Numbered from the stretch's first letter, positions 26,488-35,022 are shown. The stretch is DNA of 42,126 bases from Candidatus Iainarchaeum sp. (GCA_017608995.1 JAFCEU010000001.1:1-42126), one strand, 5' to 3'. Numbers and translations: made by a program. Notes: generated from the letters alone by a model not told the origin.

Positions 26488-26994
26488 TTACGGATTCAGA
26501 ACCATGCCTCTCTTCTCTACGACCAATCCAATGAAAATCAAGTTCTCTGTTGAATTGGTTGTAGTCGTGTCGTTATAGCCTTCAATTGTTATCGTTGTAT
26601 TCTGGTCAACTGTAATTGGGTCATCTACCCACATTGTGTTGTCCTCTTGCGCTGGAACATGCTCTATTGGCCAAATCCTTGCAACCGAGCCACTTCGGGT
26701 AATCTTCACCCAGTCAATCAAAGGTGTTGACTCAGGGTAACAAATTCCATTGATTGAAATGAATCTGTTGTCTGAAATTGTTTGAGCGTTGACCAGCGTG
26801 TTTGACCCGCTTGTGGTTGTAACACTGAAGTTAAAGCTGTTCAGGCTTGAATCGAGGTCCTCTGCCCTCAAAGGTCGCACAATCAGGTCTTGCCTTGAAA
26901 GACCAAGCTGTGCAGTCGCCTTGGCTAACAACTTGTCCTCTGTTTTTCCAAATGCGTCAAGGGCTCTGCCCCTAAGCTCTTGGTAGAAAGTCAT
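26488..26994 (-). CDS. Candidate single-jelly-roll major capsid protein 1 (168 aa)
   Basis: N-terminal helix, VRPLRAEDL, about 8 beta strands ending GLVVEKRG; GAGGTGA RBS; paralogue at 36230. Confidence 0.65.
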   Translation of the reverse strand: MTFYQELRGRALDAFGKTEDKLLAKATAQLGLSRQDLIVRPLRAEDLDSSLNSFNFSVTTTSGSNTLVNAQTISDNRFISINGICYPESTPLIDWVKITRSGSVARIWPIEHVPAQEDNTMWVDDPITVDQNTTITIEGYNDTTTTNSTENLIFIGLVVEKRGMVLNP

Positions 26995-27066
26995 TCCCTT
27001 TTCACCTCACAAATTTTTTCTAACCGAAATTACCAGCCCAAAAGGGCATGGCTTCGTTGGTCAGAT

Positions 27067-27492
27067 TTAGTCCACAAAGACGTCTTTACTGTATGTTCCG
27101 CCGTTTATTGCGAATGCTTGTGGAGCCAACTGCCTTTGGAAATATCTTCCAGAAGTTTCCCCCACTGAAACCGGTGCAATTGTTGCTGTTGGTACTGTTG
27201 CTGCTGCTGCTGTTGGCACCATTGTCTCTTCTGCAACGTCAACTACCTTGGTTAGCATGTGGGTTCCGGCCACGATTGCTGCAAGCTGGGCTGTCGGATT
27301 GCTTTTTAATCCAACCAAGCCGCCCAGTGTGGCAGCTAAGCCTCCGCCAATGTTAATCCAAGTAGAAGCTCGTGCAAAAGCTGGTGCACCTGTTTGACCT
27401 AACTGGACATCCACTTGGTCTGCTAGTACCTCAACAAGCTTTCCGGCAAACTGGGAACCTGCAACGACCCCCACGTCTTTTGCCAAAACCAT
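27067..27492 (-). CDS. Putative major virion membrane protein (141 aa)
   Basis: GAGGTGA RBS (27501-27507) before ATG 27492; Gly/Ala-rich hydrophobic helices; directly upstream of the capsid genes. Confidence 0.7.
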   Translation of the reverse strand: MVLAKDVGVVAGSQFAGKLVEVLADQVDVQLGQTGAPAFARASTWINIGGGLAATLGGLVGLKSNPTAQLAAIVAGTHMLTKVVDVAEETMVPTAAAATVPTATIAPVSVGETSGRYFQRQLAPQAFAINGGTYSKDVFVD

Positions 27493-27963
27493 CTCTTTCG
27501 TCACCTCTCTTTCTTGACCAACTTTTTTTTCAGTAAAAGTATTATTACTTCCAGATTTAAAAACCTTTCTAACTCCTGCATCAAGTTTCTCACAAGCAAT
27601 GCAGTTTTCGGTGTTAAAAGCTGGAACGGCTTTCTCAATAATTTTCCTGATTTCCCTGACCTTCAAAATCGCTCCATCAGGAGAATAACTTGGTAAATTC
27701 TTTCTTAACTCATATAGTTTTTCTTTGACTTTCCTGTATAAAGAGGTTTTCTCTGGCTTTACTGTCGCGCTGTGGCTTATTGCCTCAGATGCTTCTCCTT
27801 CGGCTTCAGCTAAATGCTTTGCGAGGCATGAAACCTGGCTTTCATCGGTTTGTAAATCATCTAAATTCCTTAAATGTGTCTCCAGTTGAAGCAGGTTAAT
27901 GAAAATGTTGTCATTATTATAATCCAGAAAACGCTCTTCTCGGTTATCCATTTCCAGCACCAA
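27067..27963 (-). CDS. Helical protein in frame with the membrane protein (298-aa long form)
   Basis: No stop separates the N-terminal domain (ETH..CLAKH..HS..CIAC) from ATG 27492. Confidence 0.55.
   Translation of the reverse strand: MVLEMDNREERFLDYNNDNIFINLLQLETHLRNLDDLQTDESQVSCLAKHLAEAEGEASEAISHSATVKPEKTSLYRKVKEKLYELRKNLPSYSPDGAILKVREIRKIIEKAVPAFNTENCIACEKLDAGVRKVFKSGSNNTFTEKKVGQEREVTKEMVLAKDVGVVAGSQFAGKLVEVLADQVDVQLGQTGAPAFARASTWINIGGGLAATLGGLVGLKSNPTAQLAAIVAGTHMLTKVVDVAEETMVPTAAAATVPTATIAPVSVGETSGRYFQRQLAPQAFAINGGTYSKDVFVD
27555..27570 (-). promoter_or_regulatory. Archaeal BRE-TATA promoter for the capsid operon
   Basis: Minus-strand AGAAAGG-TTTTTAAAT about 65 nt upstream of ATG 27492. 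Confidence 0.55.
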
Positions 27964-28255
27964 ACAAAAGCTCCTTCATTTCCTTTATTTGTTTTCTCAG
28001 CCAAGCCCTGGCTTCTTTGCTCTCATCAAAAACACTGTATAAGTCAGGCCTGTTGGTTTCAAGCCAAAGCATAACGTTTTTTATATTAAATTCATCTTTT
28101 TGGTTTGAATACATGAAGGCAACGACCTTGCCAATCCGAGCGATGTCCCGCTTATGCTCCAAAAGAAGACCAGCTACTGAAACATCTTCAGCGATAGCTA
28201 ACTGCAAATGGTTTTTCTTCCAGCCATTCAGTAAAGCAAGGATTATAGCATGCAT
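27944..28255 (-). CDS. Hypothetical protein
   Basis: VMLWLETNRPDLY motif; TATA-like element ~25 nt upstream. Confidence 0.65.
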   Translation of the reverse strand: MHAIILALLNGWKKNHLQLAIAEDVSVAGLLLEHKRDIARIGKVVAFMYSNQKDEFNIKNVMLWLETNRPDLYSVFDESKEARAWLRKQIKEMKELLFGAGNG

Positions 28256-28292
28256 AATTAAATAGAGGGCTTTAAAATATTTAATTTTTTCA

Positions 28293-29633
28293 TTAATCCA
28301 TCATCAAATCTTCAGATTTTTTTAATTCAGCTTCAGCAGCCAACTGCTGCTGCCTTTGCCTATACTTTTCCTGTGCTTGCTGAATTGCCTGCGCCTGCTG
28401 GGAAGTAAGCCCTGGCGGCTGTGACATCCGTTGAGCTATTGCTTGACCCATTGGCTCAAGAATCGGGGCCTTTATTTTGTCCACGAAATCAGTTACAAAA
28501 TCTTTTGCCAGCTCACCAGTGGTCTTTTCACCTGAAACGGCTTTAGCACCTTTTTGGTACTGTTCATCTAAAATCTTCATTGCTTGGTCCATGTACTTTT
28601 TTGAAATCTCGTCTTTCCATTTATATGCTTCGGCTGCGTGGCGCATTTGGTTTTTAACTTCTTCTTGTAAATGCTCAAATCGCATCCTGTTGGCTTCATC
28701 CTTGGCTTCTTCTGTTTTTGCTCTTTGTTGCTCTAATCTGTTTTCATGGTCGGCTCTTATTTTCTCCAACTCTGCCTTGCTTTTCTCGGTTAAGGCAAGA
28801 ATATCTTTCCAGTCCCCCCCTTTATTCTGCGCCGCATTAATCTGATTTTGAAGGTTTTGGAACATCTGCTCAAACTTCTGCATTTGGGCCTGCTGGATTT
28901 GAGACTCCCTTAGAGCTTTCAACTCAGCTTGCAGGGCTTGAATCTGCGGGTTCAACGTGTTGCCGTCCCCCTTGTTTTGTCTTTCAAGGAAACTCAAGGC
29001 AATTATTTTATCCAAGTTGATGGCACTTCCTTTTTCTCCAGACAGCGTGGACATTGTTTCCATCGCCACCCGCTGCTTCATCAACTTAATTACATCTCCA
29101 AAATCAATTTCCTTTCCCAAGTCGTTTCCGCCTTTGTGTGTTTTTGGCATAATTTCACCCTCGTTTTCTAAAACATCAGAATGCCTATAGTAATAATCTT
29201 TTCCCCAAGCCCTAATCGCACTTGACAGGTCTTTTGCAAGACCTTGTGCTACGGTCCACTCCGCGATTTTTAACAGGTCGGGGTCAAAGCGCAAGGACTT
29301 CTTTGCTTCAATCCGCTCATCTTCATCAAGCCTTCCTGTTTGTGCCACCTTACCACCTTCACTTTTTTTTTTACTTCCCTTCCAAGGGGAAGCGGGATAT
29401 ACTGCTTCTTCTTGGCTATTAGCTTTCTCTCCAGCAGGGCTCTTTGCTTCTTCTCCTACTGTGCCTGCTTTTGCAGCTTCTTTTGCAGCAAGCTTTGCCT
29501 CATAGTCTTTAATATATTTTGTAATTGTGCCCCCGAAAACATGGTACTTTTTAGCCAACTCTTTTATTGACCAACCCTTATCATGGAGGTCTTTCCATTT
29601 CTTTATTTCAGATTCCTTAAACAACTTAGGCAT
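28293..29633 (-). CDS. HTH plus long Gln-rich coiled-coil protein
   Basis: GWSIKELAKKYHVFGGTITKYI HTH; heptad-rich remainder; start 29633 overlaps the upstream stop. Confidence 0.8.
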   Translation of the reverse strand: MPKLFKESEIKKWKDLHDKGWSIKELAKKYHVFGGTITKYIKDYEAKLAAKEAAKAGTVGEEAKSPAGEKANSQEEAVYPASPWKGSKKKSEGGKVAQTGRLDEDERIEAKKSLRFDPDLLKIAEWTVAQGLAKDLSSAIRAWGKDYYYRHSDVLENEGEIMPKTHKGGNDLGKEIDFGDVIKLMKQRVAMETMSTLSGEKGSAINLDKIIALSFLERQNKGDGNTLNPQIQALQAELKALRESQIQQAQMQKFEQMFQNLQNQINAAQNKGGDWKDILALTEKSKAELEKIRADHENRLEQQRAKTEEAKDEANRMRFEHLQEEVKNQMRHAAEAYKWKDEISKKYMDQAMKILDEQYQKGAKAVSGEKTTGELAKDFVTDFVDKIKAPILEPMGQAIAQRMSQPPGLTSQQAQAIQQAQEKYRQRQQQLAAEAELKKSEDLMMD

Positions 29634-29931
29634 CCTGTCCACCAGATGACAAATTAGTTTGGTTTTCTTTAATTGAAGAAACACCTTGCTTTTCATCAGC
29701 ACTTATTTTTGGGTTTTTCTCAAAGTCTTTTGCTAACTTTGCATCCTCTTCAATCTTTCTCTTCTTGTTGGCTACAATGTTAATTAGAGTCTGCAAAGCA
29801 TACTTTGTGACCTCATATTTGTTTGCTTTTGCTAAGAAGCCATTTTCATGCAACCATTTAACTGCTTCCTGCATTTTTTGGTGTTCGTTTGGGTCTAACT
29901 TGGTGGTATACTGCTCCAGAATCTTTACCAT
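29626..29931 (-). CDS. Small putative DNA-binding protein (RHH-like)
   Basis: Strand-helix-helix pattern YTTKL..NKYEVTKYAL. Confidence 0.5.
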   Translation of the reverse strand: MVKILEQYTTKLDPNEHQKMQEAVKWLHENGFLAKANKYEVTKYALQTLINIVANKKRKIEEDAKLAKDFEKNPKISADEKQGVSSIKENQTNLSSGGQDA

Positions 29932-30034
29932 ATTATCCCTCAAACTACTAATAGCTTTAACCCGTTACCATAATATTTGTTCAAGCAACTATTTAAGAGT
30001 TTGCTATTTAAACCTAAAAAACATAGAAATTGGT

Positions 30035-30430
30035 ATGGATAAAAAAATATTAGGGTTTATTTTTGGGGCAACGATAGCGGCAACCGCAATGGGCATATGG
30101 ACTTCTTGGCCTCAACACACCCAATTCCGGGCAAAGCTATTAAGTCTGACTTCCCCAACCGAAGAGCCAGAGAAAAGCCCCTTGGCTTTCATTGAACGTT
30201 ATCACTTGGGTTTGGCTGCCTTGATTCCTGCCAGAATGGCGGCAACGCCAACGAAGTATCCGGGAATTTCACCTGAAGACGCACCCATATTTTTCGGGAT
30301 TGGAGCAAGCCTTATTGCATCCGAAATAATGGGGGAGAACCCGTTTGGAGCAGGTAAAACACCCCTGGAAACAGCGGGAAATATAGCATTGGCCGGAATG
30401 TTGTTGGGCTGGTTGTTGGGAGTGAAATGA
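30035..30430 (+). CDS. Multi-pass membrane protein
   Basis: ATG 30035 ~25 nt after TTTAAA; 3-4 hydrophobic segments. Confidence 0.7.
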   Translation: MDKKILGFIFGATIAATAMGIWTSWPQHTQFRAKLLSLTSPTEEPEKSPLAFIERYHLGLAALIPARMAATPTKYPGISPEDAPIFFGIGASLIASEIMGENPFGAGKTPLETAGNIALAGMLLGWLLGVK

Positions 30431-30723
30431 TGCCTTCCCGCAAGCTACATAATTTAGCGAACAAGCTGTTACTGGGGGAAGAGCTTGAATGGGTAAATGC
30501 AGTAATTGACGCACCAGCAAAATTATATTTGAAAGGCCATAGAAAATATTTTCATAGCAAAGAAGACGCAAAGTTGCTTGCCTTGCTTGGAGGGGGAAAA
30601 GCAGGAAAAGCGGCTTTAATCCATCAATTCTTGGATAAAAACATTCCTTCAATCGTTCAACGCAACATTAAATTTTTTAAGCTGGAATACGATAACATAC
30701 TTAGTTTGCTTAAAAGTAAGTGA
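30427..30723 (+). CDS. Small metal-dependent hydrolase-like protein (YdjM-like motifs)
   Basis: MPSRKLH..IDAP..HRKYFHS..IHQFLD. Confidence 0.55.
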   Translation: MMPSRKLHNLANKLLLGEELEWVNAVIDAPAKLYLKGHRKYFHSKEDAKLLALLGGGKAGKAALIHQFLDKNIPSIVQRNIKFFKLEYDNILSLLKSK

Positions 30724-30728
30724 TTATA

Positions 30729-31094
30729 ATGGAAGAAGAGAAAAAGTTCTTCATTGGGGCAGCAGGAATAGCAGGAATAGCATTATTATATTATTTTTGG
30801 AGACCGCCTGAGCAACCAATAACAATAGAAAAAGTAAATTTTGTTTCAACTGAAGCACAAGGCAGCATAAATGTTGATTCAGTAAATTTTGTTTCAACTG
30901 AAGCACAAGGCAGCATAAATGTTGATTCAGTAAATTTTGTTGTTTTAACTCCAACAGGAGACATCCCATCCATTAGCAGTTCATTTGTATCAATAGAACC
31001 AAAAGGAAGCGTTGATGTTGATTCAAGTGGATTTGTTATAACTGGACCTGTTGGAACAATTAAAATTACTGGAGAAAGATTCAATGCAATATGA
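30729..31094 (+). CDS. TM-anchored protein with six ~16-aa beta-strand repeats
   Basis: TM then G-S-I-x-V-x-S-x-x-F-V units; exact 48-bp tandem repeat at 30833-30928. Confidence 0.8.
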   Translation: MEEEKKFFIGAAGIAGIALLYYFWRPPEQPITIEKVNFVSTEAQGSINVDSVNFVSTEAQGSINVDSVNFVVLTPTGDIPSISSSFVSIEPKGSVDVDSSGFVITGPVGTIKITGERFNAI

Positions 31095-31105
31095 GGTGAT
31101 AAAAA

Positions 31106-31456
31106 ATGCCAATGGGATATTTTGACTTCTATATAACAGTGAGAAACACTGGACAAACAGCTTTTGATGCATATGTTGGATTAAGCATATGGGAAGGTTC
31201 CGAACAACACCCAGGGTATTGGGCAAAAAAGAAAGTCCAATTACAGCCCGGAGAAAGCTCTACTGTTGGACTTAGTAGTGAAATGAGAAACTGGGCTAGT
31301 GGCGCTCACAACTATCTTGTCAGATTATATAGTAGAGCTTTAAGTGAAGGAGCCCATGTAGCTGACTATGATGGCTGGACTATCTATAGATATGGAAGCG
31401 GTGCCCCAGATGAAAGCGCCATTGTTGCCGAAAAAAGCGGAACAGTTAATATATAG
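31106..31456 (+). CDS. Stand-alone Ig/CARDB-like domain protein
   Basis: FYITVRNTG..AYVGLSI..LQPGESSTV..GAHNYLVRL; GAGGTGA RBS. Confidence 0.75.
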   Translation: MPMGYFDFYITVRNTGQTAFDAYVGLSIWEGSEQHPGYWAKKKVQLQPGESSTVGLSSEMRNWASGAHNYLVRLYSRALSEGAHVADYDGWTIYRYGSGAPDESAIVAEKSGTVNI

Positions 31457-31468
31457 CGGGTGCTTAAA

Positions 31469-31567
31469 ATGAAAATGGATGAATGGAGAACGCCTGTTCC
31501 TACCTTTGAATGGATTTTGTTAGGCGTTGGAATCGGCTTTGTTGCAAGTTATTTTATTTTCAGGTGA
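31469..31567 (+). CDS. 32-aa TM peptide
   Basis: MKMDEWRTPVPTFEWILLGVGIGFVASYFIFR. Confidence 0.55.
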   Translation: MKMDEWRTPVPTFEWILLGVGIGFVASYFIFR

Positions 31568-31572
31568 TTGAA

Positions 31573-32160
31573 ATGGCGACGACCTATCAAAAGCAGTTAC
31601 TAAAAGCCCCTTTAAACCAAGTTTTAAGCCAAGTTCAAAAATTTGGCTTTATTAACGTTCCAACTGAAACAAGAATTAATATTGGCTCTGGCGGGGGTTT
31701 ATCAGATAGATTTCATTATGAAGGAACTTGTTATTCTTTAGGCGTATGGCCGTGGGTTGGATATGGCCCATTAAATGGGGCTCCTGTTGATATTTTATTT
31801 AATGGAATTAAAAAAACAGAAGTTAGAACAACCTCTGATGGCTATTTTAGAGGAAACTTTATAGGGAAGGAAGTGGGGGAAGGCACTCATACAATAACTG
31901 CAAGAATGAAAGCATTTGGAGATGCAATTGCAAATTATTTATCAAGTCAAGCAAGCTCTTCTTTTGTTGTAACTGGTCCAGGGACGGGTTCTGATGTTGG
32001 GATTCAAAAACCGGTTATTTGGGATATTGGGTTGTTAGTGAATCTTGGCATAGGAGCCACAATTGGATTAATTGTAGGGGCAACCGTGTTTAAACGTGGT
32101 TTAGTTGGAAGAGTGGTTGGTAGAGCAAGAGAACTTAGAGAAGAAATAAGGGGGTATTAA
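31573..32160 (+). CDS. Ig-like (Big) domain protein with C-terminal TM anchor
   Basis: PLNGAPVDI..TTSDGYF..GTHTITA..YLSS; C-terminal hydrophobic helix and basic tail. Confidence 0.75.
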   Translation: MATTYQKQLLKAPLNQVLSQVQKFGFINVPTETRINIGSGGGLSDRFHYEGTCYSLGVWPWVGYGPLNGAPVDILFNGIKKTEVRTTSDGYFRGNFIGKEVGEGTHTITARMKAFGDAIANYLSSQASSSFVVTGPGTGSDVGIQKPVIWDIGLLVNLGIGATIGLIVGATVFKRGLVGRVVGRARELREEIRGY

Positions 32161-32162
32161 AA

Positions 32163-32427
32163 ATCAATTGGAAAAAAATTGCAATAACAACAGCAGTAGG
32201 GGCAGGAAGTGCGATTTGTTTTGGACTTAGTCAAATCCCCCCAAAAAATTTGTTATGGTTAATAGGTAGTGGAATGTTACTTGGTGCTGCAATTGGATTT
32301 ATTGGAAGTGATTGAAATGGTTACCGCTGAGCATAAGGCTTTGGCTGTTGCACGCCAACACCTGAAATCCCAGAGGTTAGGTTTGTGGCAAAAAAGGGGG
32401 CAAAAGGCATTTATATTGACTAACTAA
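32163..32427 (+). pseudogene. Degenerate duplicate of the 32446/32628 gene pair
   Basis: INWKKIAITTAVGAGS..GAAIG..SD* (no canonical start) then MVTAEHKALAVAR (truncated), matching MVDWKKVIITTALGAGS and MVTAEQKALAVAR. Confidence 0.75.
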
Positions 32428-32445
32428 ATTAGGAGTTGATTGAAA

Positions 32446-32625
32446 ATGGTTGACTGGAAAAAAGTCATAATAACAACAGCACTAGGAGCAGGAAGCGGAG
32501 CTAGTATAGGTCTTTTAAGGATAATACCCAACCCAGAGTATGGCTATGGACACAGTGACTTTTTAATTCATGCTATCCCAGGCGGCCTAATTGGTGCTTT
32601 AATTGGGATTGCTATGGGTGATTAA
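32446..32625 (+). CDS. Small two-TM Gly-zipper protein
   Basis: ALGAGSGASIG and PGGLIGALIGIAMG. Confidence 0.7.
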   Translation: MVDWKKVIITTALGAGSGASIGLLRIIPNPEYGYGHSDFLIHAIPGGLIGALIGIAMGD

Positions 32626-32627
32626 AA

Positions 32628-32843
32628 ATGGTTACTGCCGAACAAAAGGCTTTGGCTGTTGCACGCCTGAAGGCATGGATAGCTCGGCTGCCTCCAAGCA
32701 TGAGAGACATGCCCGTACTTGTTCTTTTAGGGCGGACACTGACTCCCAATCAAATGCTTGCCGAAGCCGAAGCAGAAACACAAATAGGAAGCATTATCAT
32801 TAACCGCGAATTGAAAATGGCTGGGTCGTTATTAGGGAGGTGA
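32628..32843 (+). CDS. Hypothetical protein
   Basis: GGTGA RBS; directly upstream of the protease. Confidence 0.7.
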   Translation: MVTAEQKALAVARLKAWIARLPPSMRDMPVLVLLGRTLTPNQMLAEAEAETQIGSIIINRELKMAGSLLGR

Positions 32844-32849
32844 ACTCCC

Positions 32850-33584
32850 TTGCCTATTTCCAACAACATTGTTACAACTCGCCCTGCTTTTGACTTGCCG
32901 ACACGCTATTTGAGTTACTGGCTCGGAATAACAGTCGAACACGCAAAAAGGCTCAGATATAATGTGGCTGACTTGGCCGGAGCCGATGCAACCAAAGAAA
33001 AACTATACCAGGCATTAGTTGGATTAGACCCCCTGTTCTTTTTGGGCGGGGGGCATGGCGAGGTGGATGTTTTCACAGGGGACGACAGGCAGGTTTTATT
33101 AAACTCAGAAAACGCCTATTGGATGGCTGAACGCCTGACCTATTTGTTTAGTTGCTTAACTGGTCAAAAACTTTCAAAAGACATTATTGGAGCTGGTGGG
33201 GAGGCTTTTTTGGGTTACAATGAAGAATTCGGCTTCGTCGTAAGCCCGCCATATATCCCTGCAACAGACCCAAAAGCAAGAGGCTTCATGGAAGCAGGGA
33301 ACGCAATTGCATTAAGCCTGTTAAGAGGCTACTCGGTCGGGGATGCGTATAATGCTGGTGTTAAAAAATTCAACGACTGGATTGCCTACTGGGAAAAATC
33401 AACAGACCCGCTTGCGCCTCTGATTTTAACCTGGCTTGAATCAGACAGAGACTCTTTAGTTGCTTGGGGGAACTCTACTGCAAGGCTTTCAGTTGAAAAA
33501 AGGGAAGAACACCCAACAGGGTTATGGCCTGCGTTCCTTGCAGCAGGTGGTGTAATTACGGGGCTTGTTTTAGCGACTCTTTAA
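32850..33584 (+). CDS. Caspase/gingipain-fold (clan CD) cysteine peptidase with C-terminal TM
   Basis: DATKE..FFLGGGHG (His)..YLFSC (Cys)..GGEAFLGY..SVGDAY..LVAWGN. Confidence 0.75.
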   Translation: MPISNNIVTTRPAFDLPTRYLSYWLGITVEHAKRLRYNVADLAGADATKEKLYQALVGLDPLFFLGGGHGEVDVFTGDDRQVLLNSENAYWMAERLTYLFSCLTGQKLSKDIIGAGGEAFLGYNEEFGFVVSPPYIPATDPKARGFMEAGNAIALSLLRGYSVGDAYNAGVKKFNDWIAYWEKSTDPLAPLILTWLESDRDSLVAWGNSTARLSVEKREEHPTGLWPAFLAAGGVITGLVLATL

Positions 33585-33760
33585 TTCTTCCTTAATTTTG
33601 GGCCAATACATTCAACCATTAATTTCTGCAATTCCTTTTTATTTATTCCCTTATAAAGCCCGCATTCTTTTGCTATTCTTTTAAATTTCATTTGTTGGCT
33701 TGTTAAAGGGTATTTTCTTTGCCTTTTTCTTAAATAGAATCCTTTTTTTCCACCAGACAT
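33581..33760 (-). CDS. 59-aa basic protein, paralogue of 33815
   Basis: MSGGKKGFYLRKRQRKYPLTSQQMKFKRIAKECGLYKGINKKELQKLMVECIGPKLRKN (manual translation). Confidence 0.8.
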   Translation of the reverse strand: MSGGKKGFYLRKRQRKYPLTSQQMKFKRIAKECGLYKGINKKELQKLMVECIGPKLRKN

Positions 33761-33785
33761 ATTTAAAATAATAAAAAAAGAAATT

Positions 33786-33816
33786 AAAAAAAGGTAGTGG
33801 TTGAACTACCTTTTTT
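33786..33816. terminator. Bidirectional hairpin
   Basis: aaaaaaggtagt-ggttga-actacctttttt. Confidence 0.65.
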
Positions 33817-34069
33817 AACGCATTTTTGGACCTACACATTCAACCATTGCTCTTTGCAGGTCTGCTTTACTCATACCTTTTCTAATCCCACAAGTTGCTG
33901 CAACATCTCTAACTTTTCTTTGCTGAGAAGTTGTAGGATATTCTCTTGGTAGCGATGCAAGAACAAAACCTCTGTTCCCGCCAACGGTAAAAGCAGCATC
34001 CCTCGCTTTATAGGCCTTTGGTCGGCTTTTTAGGTAGAAACCTTTTCTAACATTTTTTATAACAGTCAT
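33815..34069 (-). CDS. Small basic protein, candidate nucleocapsid protein
   Basis: Arg/Lys-rich; YPTTSQQRK..CGI.KG..MVECVGPK; own TTTAAATA box and GGTGA RBS. Confidence 0.75.
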   Translation of the reverse strand: MTVIKNVRKGFYLKSRPKAYKARDAAFTVGGNRGFVLASLPREYPTTSQQRKVRDVAATCGIRKGMSKADLQRAMVECVGPKMR

Positions 34070-34151
34070 TGAATTCACCAATTATCTATGGAAGCACAAG
34101 TATTTAAACATATAGGATAGTATTCATATATAGTATTTCATAGGTGATAAT

Positions 34152-34316
34152 ATGAGAAAAATTCAAATAAATATCCAATTGCCAAAAAAATTAATTGAAA
34201 CCCTTGATTGTGTGAAAAAAAATTTTGGGGCAAGTAGAAACTTCATCATCCAAAAAGCTCTTGAACTTTATTTTGACAAAAACATAGAATGGATTGAAAA
34301 AGCTAAAAAGGAATAA
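34152..34316 (+). CDS. Ribbon-helix-helix (CopG-like) regulator
   Basis: MRKIQINIQLPKKLIETLD..GASRNFIIQKALELY; upstream direct repeats atagtatt(t)cata. Confidence 0.8.
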   Translation: MRKIQINIQLPKKLIETLDCVKKNFGASRNFIIQKALELYFDKNIEWIEKAKKE

Positions 34317-34423
34317 GATATGTGGGGCCTTTTCTTTTCTTCATTTCTTTAGCCCTTTCTTCGGTTATAACATAAAAAGCAGTACTTGCCCCAATCCCAA
34401 TTAATGCCAAAAAAAATTTCTGT

Positions 34424-34633
34424 TTATTGAGCATTATTTTGCACCTCCTTTTCAACTTCCCTTTTCAATTCCTTAAAAAATCGGTCCCCAAATTTTTTAT
34501 GTAAACGCTCAATTAATTCCTCAGCAGTCATTTTATTTGCATAAAGATTTTTAACTAACAAATCACAATAGTCTTCTTTACCCAGTTTTCTACAAACTTT
34601 TTTAGTCATATTGCAGATTGGACATTCAACCAT
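34424..34633 (-). CDS. Small Cys-containing protein
   Basis: CPIC..C..C; GAGGAG RBS. Confidence 0.65.
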   Translation of the reverse strand: MVECPICNMTKKVCRKLGKEDYCDLLVKNLYANKMTAEELIERLHKKFGDRFFKELKREVEKEVQNNAQ

Positions 34634-34713
34634 GTTTTACTCCTCAACTCTTCCCATACAACACTAATATTTATTAATCTGCGATACTATTAATTCTTTT
34701 GTTGTGATTTAAA

Positions 34714-35022
34714 ATGGGACTAATCGTTGATGAAGAAAAAGCAAGGAAAACCCCTTGTAAATGCTTTCAAATAGGGCCAACAAAAGAAGCCCATGACCTA
34801 TTATGCTTTAGCCCCGGAATTATTGGAACGCTTACGAATGCCCAAGACACAGCCTATTGCACTAAACGGAATATAGAGCCCCCTTCCCCTGCACTGAAAA
34901 AGCGGATTGCCGAGTTCACTGAAGCAGTTCATGCCGCCGCAAGGCGTTATAAAGGGCAGGGCATTCAAACTTGGCTTCGCTTTGTTGGAGAAGAAATGGA
35001 TAAAAGAGGATTGGAAATATGA
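34714..35022 (+). CDS. Small Cys-rich basic protein
   Basis: PCKC..LLCFSPGIIGTL..YC; TATA ~25 nt upstream. Confidence 0.7.
   Translation: MGLIVDEEKARKTPCKCFQIGPTKEAHDLLCFSPGIIGTLTNAQDTAYCTKRNIEPPSPALKKRIAEFTEAVHAAARRYKGQGIQTWLRFVGEEMDKRGLEI

Noticed and set aside
29765..30034. N-terminal extension of the 221-aa ORF
   Set aside because: It overlaps the opposite-strand gene and the divergent TATA region; the real start is likely ATG 30035
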